A DNA stretch of 64,000 bases from an uncultured Gammaproteobacteria bacterium (lineage in GTDB: Bacteria > Patescibacteriota > Microgenomatia > Daviesbacterales > UBA10151): NCBI GenBank assembly GCA_964396715.1, contig CAYNFQ010000002.1, positions 2,234-66,233 of the forward strand. The letters run 5' to 3'. Shown piece after piece: positions 63,218-64,000 of this stretch. The notes under the pieces are model-generated. The model saw nothing but the letters and a program-made list of their open reading frames with translations. It made no database searches and was not told the DNA's origin. Every line of letters begins with the position of its first letter. Within the stretch, counting starts at the first letter, position 1. Position numbers and translations under genes: made by a program.

Positions 63218-64000
63218 TTACAGCTCAAGAAGTCTTTTGTAGGTTTGTATCCCTTTTAAAACAACATTTTCGTCTGCTCCAGAGTCAGATTCTTCCGCTA
63301 AAGGATTGACCATCCATTCGTCAGCAATAGTGGTATATTTTTTTCCTGATAAATGTTCCCAATGCCAATGGCGATATTTTCTGATATTCGGTGCAGTATC
63401 AGTCCGTGGTTTATAGTACGATAACCTTTCTTCGGTTTTCATCAATTCTTTCGCTTTCCTAAACTCTTCTTTAACATCTTCGTAGGTTGAAGTCGGAGAA
63501 ACAAATATAGCTATTTGCTCTAATGCTGGCCATGCAGTAACCACGGAAAAATTGACAGTTCTAACCTGAGTTGGTTCAAAGAAGGAAGCATCAGTAGCTC
63601 CGCAATAAATGGCTTGCTTTATGGGTTCAAGAAAGTACGGGGGTCTGTTAAACTCGTAACATATCAAATCGCACTCTGCATCCATAGTTTCAGGTAAGAC
63701 ATGAGAAGTTTTAATATGGTCATAAAATTCAGAAAAAGATTCTTTGACTTCCTCAATCTTGGTATACTTTGATAGGTCGATTTTTACTTTTGTATCTTCC
63801 ATATAATAGCCTCTTTCGTAATAATTAAGTTCTTCATCATAATCGCTGAGAGGGAGAAGAGTGGTAACATGGTATGTTTTACGTAGGACTGGTAGTAAAT
63901 TCAGAAATTCAGGTTTATCAAATAATAAAGCAAGCTCTTGATAGTAAATGTCGTTATCGGTTTGAATATCAATTTTTAATTCTAATAAATCTTCATTTTG
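63218..64000 (-). CDS. Hypothetical protein, 5' end outside the window
   Basis: Frame stays open from 63802 to the window edge (66 extra codons). Confidence 0.65.
   Translation of the reverse strand, partial: QNEDLLELKIDIQTDNDIYYQELALLFDKPEFLNLLPVLRKTYHVTTLLPLSDYDEELNYYERGYYMEDTKVKIDLSKYTKIEEVKESFSEFYDHIKTSHVLPETMDAECDLICYEFNRPPYFLEPIKQAIYCGATDASFFEPTQVRTVNFSVVTAWPALEQIAIFVSPTSTYEDVKEEFRKAKELMKTEERLSYYKPRTDTAPNIRKYRHWHWEHLSGKKYTTIADEWMVNPLAEESDSGADENVVLKGIQTYKRLLEL

Larger units (their letters stand above)
60000..64000 (-). mobile_element. Integrated element (prophage/ICE-like) beside tRNA-Asn; continues beyond the window
   Basis: Recombinase stops 26 bp from the tRNA 3' end; tightly packed small co-oriented orphan ORFs; no host-type heptamer hairpins seen. 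Confidence 0.75.

Overview
This is a 64 kb chromosomal segment around the replication origin of a small-genome bacterium. Gene content and style point to Patescibacteria/CPR, Microgenomates-like (inference). The core includes rplY, rnhA, jag-yidC-yidD-rnpA-rpmH / dnaA-oriC-dnaN, smpB, tmRNA, comF, dnaG-rpoD and six tRNAs: all four Ser isoacceptors, Arg(GCG), and Asn(GTT) with a 192-nt group I intron. A minus-strand T4SS/pilus-like cluster (peptidoglycan hydrolase, VirB4-like ATPase, PrgI, VirB6-like protein, six VirB2-like pilins) is interrupted by an island. That island holds a cobalamin riboswitch, three toxin-antitoxin (TA) modules separated by four copies of a conserved promoter-bearing repeat, and a 1391-aa orphan. 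The window has seven TA pairs in total and ends in a serine-recombinase element beside tRNA-Asn. Four patterns stand out. (1) A pervasive family of 7-bp-periodic inverted-repeat hairpins occurs, three sets of which flank four-helix-bundle genes, and others fall in a riboswitch and in signal peptides. (2) The TA modules form a cassette-like array. (3) Several cargo genes lie between diverged duplicates of host sequence. (4) Palindromic elements are inserted in-frame in DnaN, TlyA and an O-antigen ligase, which also has a 3x28-bp frame-sensitive repeat. All calls come from reading the sequence by eye; no searches were run.
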